Shown: in pieces, positions 25,148 to 27,379 of the stretch | Position numbering within the stretch: the stretch's first letter is position 1 | Layout of the letters: each line of letters begins with the position of its first letter | Source: Azolla caroliniana | Taxonomy: Eukaryota; Plantae; Polypodiophyta | Assembly: GCA_043228905.1 (NCBI GenBank) | Contig: JBHGNT010000412.1 | Location: 1 to 27,379, forward strand | Length of the DNA: 27,379 bases | Direction: 5' to 3' | The notes under the pieces: generated by a model | What the model was told of the DNA's origin: nothing | The model's input: the letters and a program-made list of their open reading frames with translations, nothing else | Database searches by the model: none | Translations under genes and position numbers: made by a program

Positions 25148-26458
25148 GTAATTTCGTCATGTATCTCGACCTGAGTTTCAAAATCTTGATTTTTTAATTC
25201 CATATCATAGCTAGCGTTGTTAGCTTCGATTCGCATGTTTGAACACAAAAATCCGATATCACACGAGCCAGGTATGAACATTTTAATTTACCTACTAGCT
25301 CTTCTCAACTCACCCCTAAAATTTGGTAATTTCGTCATGTCTCTCGACCTGAGTTTCAAAATCTTGATTTCTTAATTCCATATCATAGCTAGCGTTGTTA
25401 GCTTCGATTCGCATGTTTAAACACAAAAATGCGATATCACACGAGCCAGGTATGGACATTTTCATTTACTCAAGGGCTCCTCTGAACTCACTCCTCAAAT
25501 TTGGTAATTTCGTCATGTCTCTCGACCTGAGTCTCAAAATTTTGAATTTTTAAGTCCATCTTATAGCTAGCGTTGTTAGCTTCGATTCGCATGTTTGAAC
25601 ACAAAAATCCGATATCACAGGAGCCAGGTATGGACATTTTCATTTACCTACTAGCTCTTGTCAACTCACTACTCAAATTTGTTAATTTCGTCATGTCTCT
25701 CGACCTGAGTTTCAAAATCTTGATTTTTTAATTCCATATCATAGCTAGCGTTGTTAGCTTCGATTCGCATGTTTAAACACAAAAATCCGATATCAGACGA
25801 GCCAGGTATGAAAATGTTCATTTACTCAAGGGCTCCTCTCAACTCACTACTCATGTTTGTTAATTTCGTCATGTCTCTCGACCTGAGTCTCAAAATTTTG
25901 AATTTTTAAGTCCATCTTATAGCTAGCGTTGTTAGCTTCGATTCGCATGTTTGAACACAAAAATCCGATATCACACGAGCCAGGTATGAACATTTTAATT
26001 TACCTACTAGCTCTTCTCAACTCACCCCTCAAATTTGGTAATTTCGTCATGTCTCTCAACCTGAGTCTCAAAATTTTGAATTTTTAAGTCCATTTTATAG
26101 CTAGCGTTGTTAGCTTCGATTCGCATGTTTGAACACAAAAATCCGATATCACACGAGCCAGGTATGAACATTTTTATTTACTCAAGGGTTCCTCTCAACT
26201 CACTCCTCAAATTTGTTAATTTCGTCATGTCTCTCGACCTGAGTTTCAAAATCTTTATTTTTTAATTCCATATCATAGCTAGCGTTGTTAGCTTCGAATC
26301 GCATGTTTGAACACAAAAATCCGATATCACACGAGCCAGGTATGAAAATGTTCATTTACTCAAGGGCTCCTCTCAACTCACTACTCATGTTTGTTAATTT
26401 CGTCATGTCTCTCGACCTGAGTTTCAAAATCTGGATTTTTTAATTCCATATCATAGCT

Positions 26459-26604
26459 AGCGTTGTTAGCTTCGAATCGCATGTTTGAATCGCATTTTCA
26501 TTTACCTACTAGCTCTTCTCAACTCACTCCTCAAATTTTGTAATTTTGTCATGTCTCTCGACCTGAGTTTCAAAATCTTGATTTTTTAATTCCATATCAT
26601 AGCT
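26459..26604. repeat. 146-bp monomer (35 bp replaced by TCG)
   Basis: TTCGAATCGCATGTTTGAATCGCATTTTCATTT; the next monomer starts at 26605. Confidence 0.92.
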
Positions 26605-26782
26605 AGCGTTGTTAGCTTCGAATCGCATGTTTGAACACAAAAACCCGATATCACACGAGCCAGGTATGAACATTTTCATTTACTCAAGGGCTCCTCTCCA
26701 CTCACTACTCACGTTTGTTAATTTCGTCATGTCTCTCGACCTGAGTTTCAAAATCTTGATTTTTTAATTCCATATCATAGCT

Positions 26783-26919
26783 AGCGTTGTTAGCTTCGAT
26801 TCGCATGTTTAAAAACAAAAATCCGATATCACACGAGCCAGGTATGGACATTTTCATTTACCTAATTGTCTCTCGACCTGAGTTTCAAAATCTTGATTTT
26901 TTAATTCCATATCATAGCT
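26783..26919. repeat. 137-bp monomer (net 41-bp deletion with a complex junction)
   Basis: TTTACCTAATTGTCTCTCG at about 26857-26875; the next monomer starts at 26920. Confidence 0.92.
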
Positions 26920-27379
26920 AGCGTTGTTAGCTTCGATTCGCATGTTTGAACACAAAAATCCGATATCACACGAGCCAGGTATGAAAATGTTTATTTACTC
27001 AAGGGCACCTCTCAACTCACTACTCATGTTTGTTAATTTCGTCATGTCTCTCGACCTGAGTCTCAAAATTTTGAATTTTTAAGTCCATCTTATAGCTATC
27101 GTTGTTAGCTTCGATTCGCATGTTTGAACACAAAAATCCGATATCACACGAGCCAGGTATGTACATTTTGATTTACCTACTAGCTCTTCTCAACTCACCC
27201 CTAAAATTTGGTAATTTCGTCATGTCTCTCGACCTGAGTCTCAAAATTTTGATTTTTTAATTCCATATCATAGCTAGCGTTGTTAGCTTCGATTCGCATG
27301 TTTGAACACAAAAATCCGATATCACACGAGCCAGGTATGAAAATGTTCATTTACTCAAGGGCTCCTCTCAACTCACTCC

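Larger units (their letters stand above)
1..27379. repeat. Tandem satellite DNA array, 178-bp monomer, about 155 copies plus a partial copy (candidate centromeric/pericentromeric satellite)
   Basis: AGCGTTGTTAGCTTCG recurs at 1, 179, 357 ... 7121 (exactly 40x178), and the phase can be followed to 27276 once eight indel-bearing units are accounted for. Consensus: AGCGTTGTTAGCTTCGATTCGCATGTTTGAACACAAAAATCCGATATCACACGAGCCAGGTATGAACATTTTCATTTACTCAAGGGCTCCTCTCAACTCACTACTCATGTTTGTTAATTTCGTCATGTCTCTCGACCTGAGTTTCAAAATCTTGATTTTTTAATTCCATATCATAGCT. The satellite call is direct; centromeric function is only inferred. Confidence 0.98.

Noticed and set aside
1-27379. CRISPR-like or cassette-type (diversity-generating) array of conserved and variable segments
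   Set aside because: The variable parts are two-allele variants of the same sequence, not unique spacers, and there are no cas, recombinase or reverse transcriptase genes or leader.
1-27379. Strand switch or embedded transposon within the array
   Set aside because: The monomer phase can be followed continuously on the plus strand from 1 to 27379; every length anomaly is explained by indels of at most 89 bp net.

Overview
The whole window is one head-to-tail, single-orientation tandem array of a 178-bp, AT-rich satellite monomer (about 38% GC by hand count of the consensus), with about 155 units plus a partial last unit. I see no genes, RNA genes, transposons or CRISPR array, and the listed ORFs are chance read-throughs of the repeat. 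Monomer size, homogeneity and higher-order repeats (HORs) fit a eukaryotic centromeric or pericentromeric satellite. That is inference, and I do not recognise the family; it does not resemble Arabidopsis CEN178 as I recall it, despite the equal length. The informative signal is in the variation between copies. There are nested HOR/block duplications with 3-, 5-, 8-, 10.5-, 11-, 15- and 27-monomer offsets and three variant domains. Six units are shortened, and two independent events among them carry a 13-bp-period templated duplication at the same monomer site. A 4-nt hairpin-loop micro-inversion has spread to about 15 copies, and common variants tend to keep or perfect short palindromes. I found no new protein-coding system. 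All alignments were done by eye, so block boundaries are approximate.
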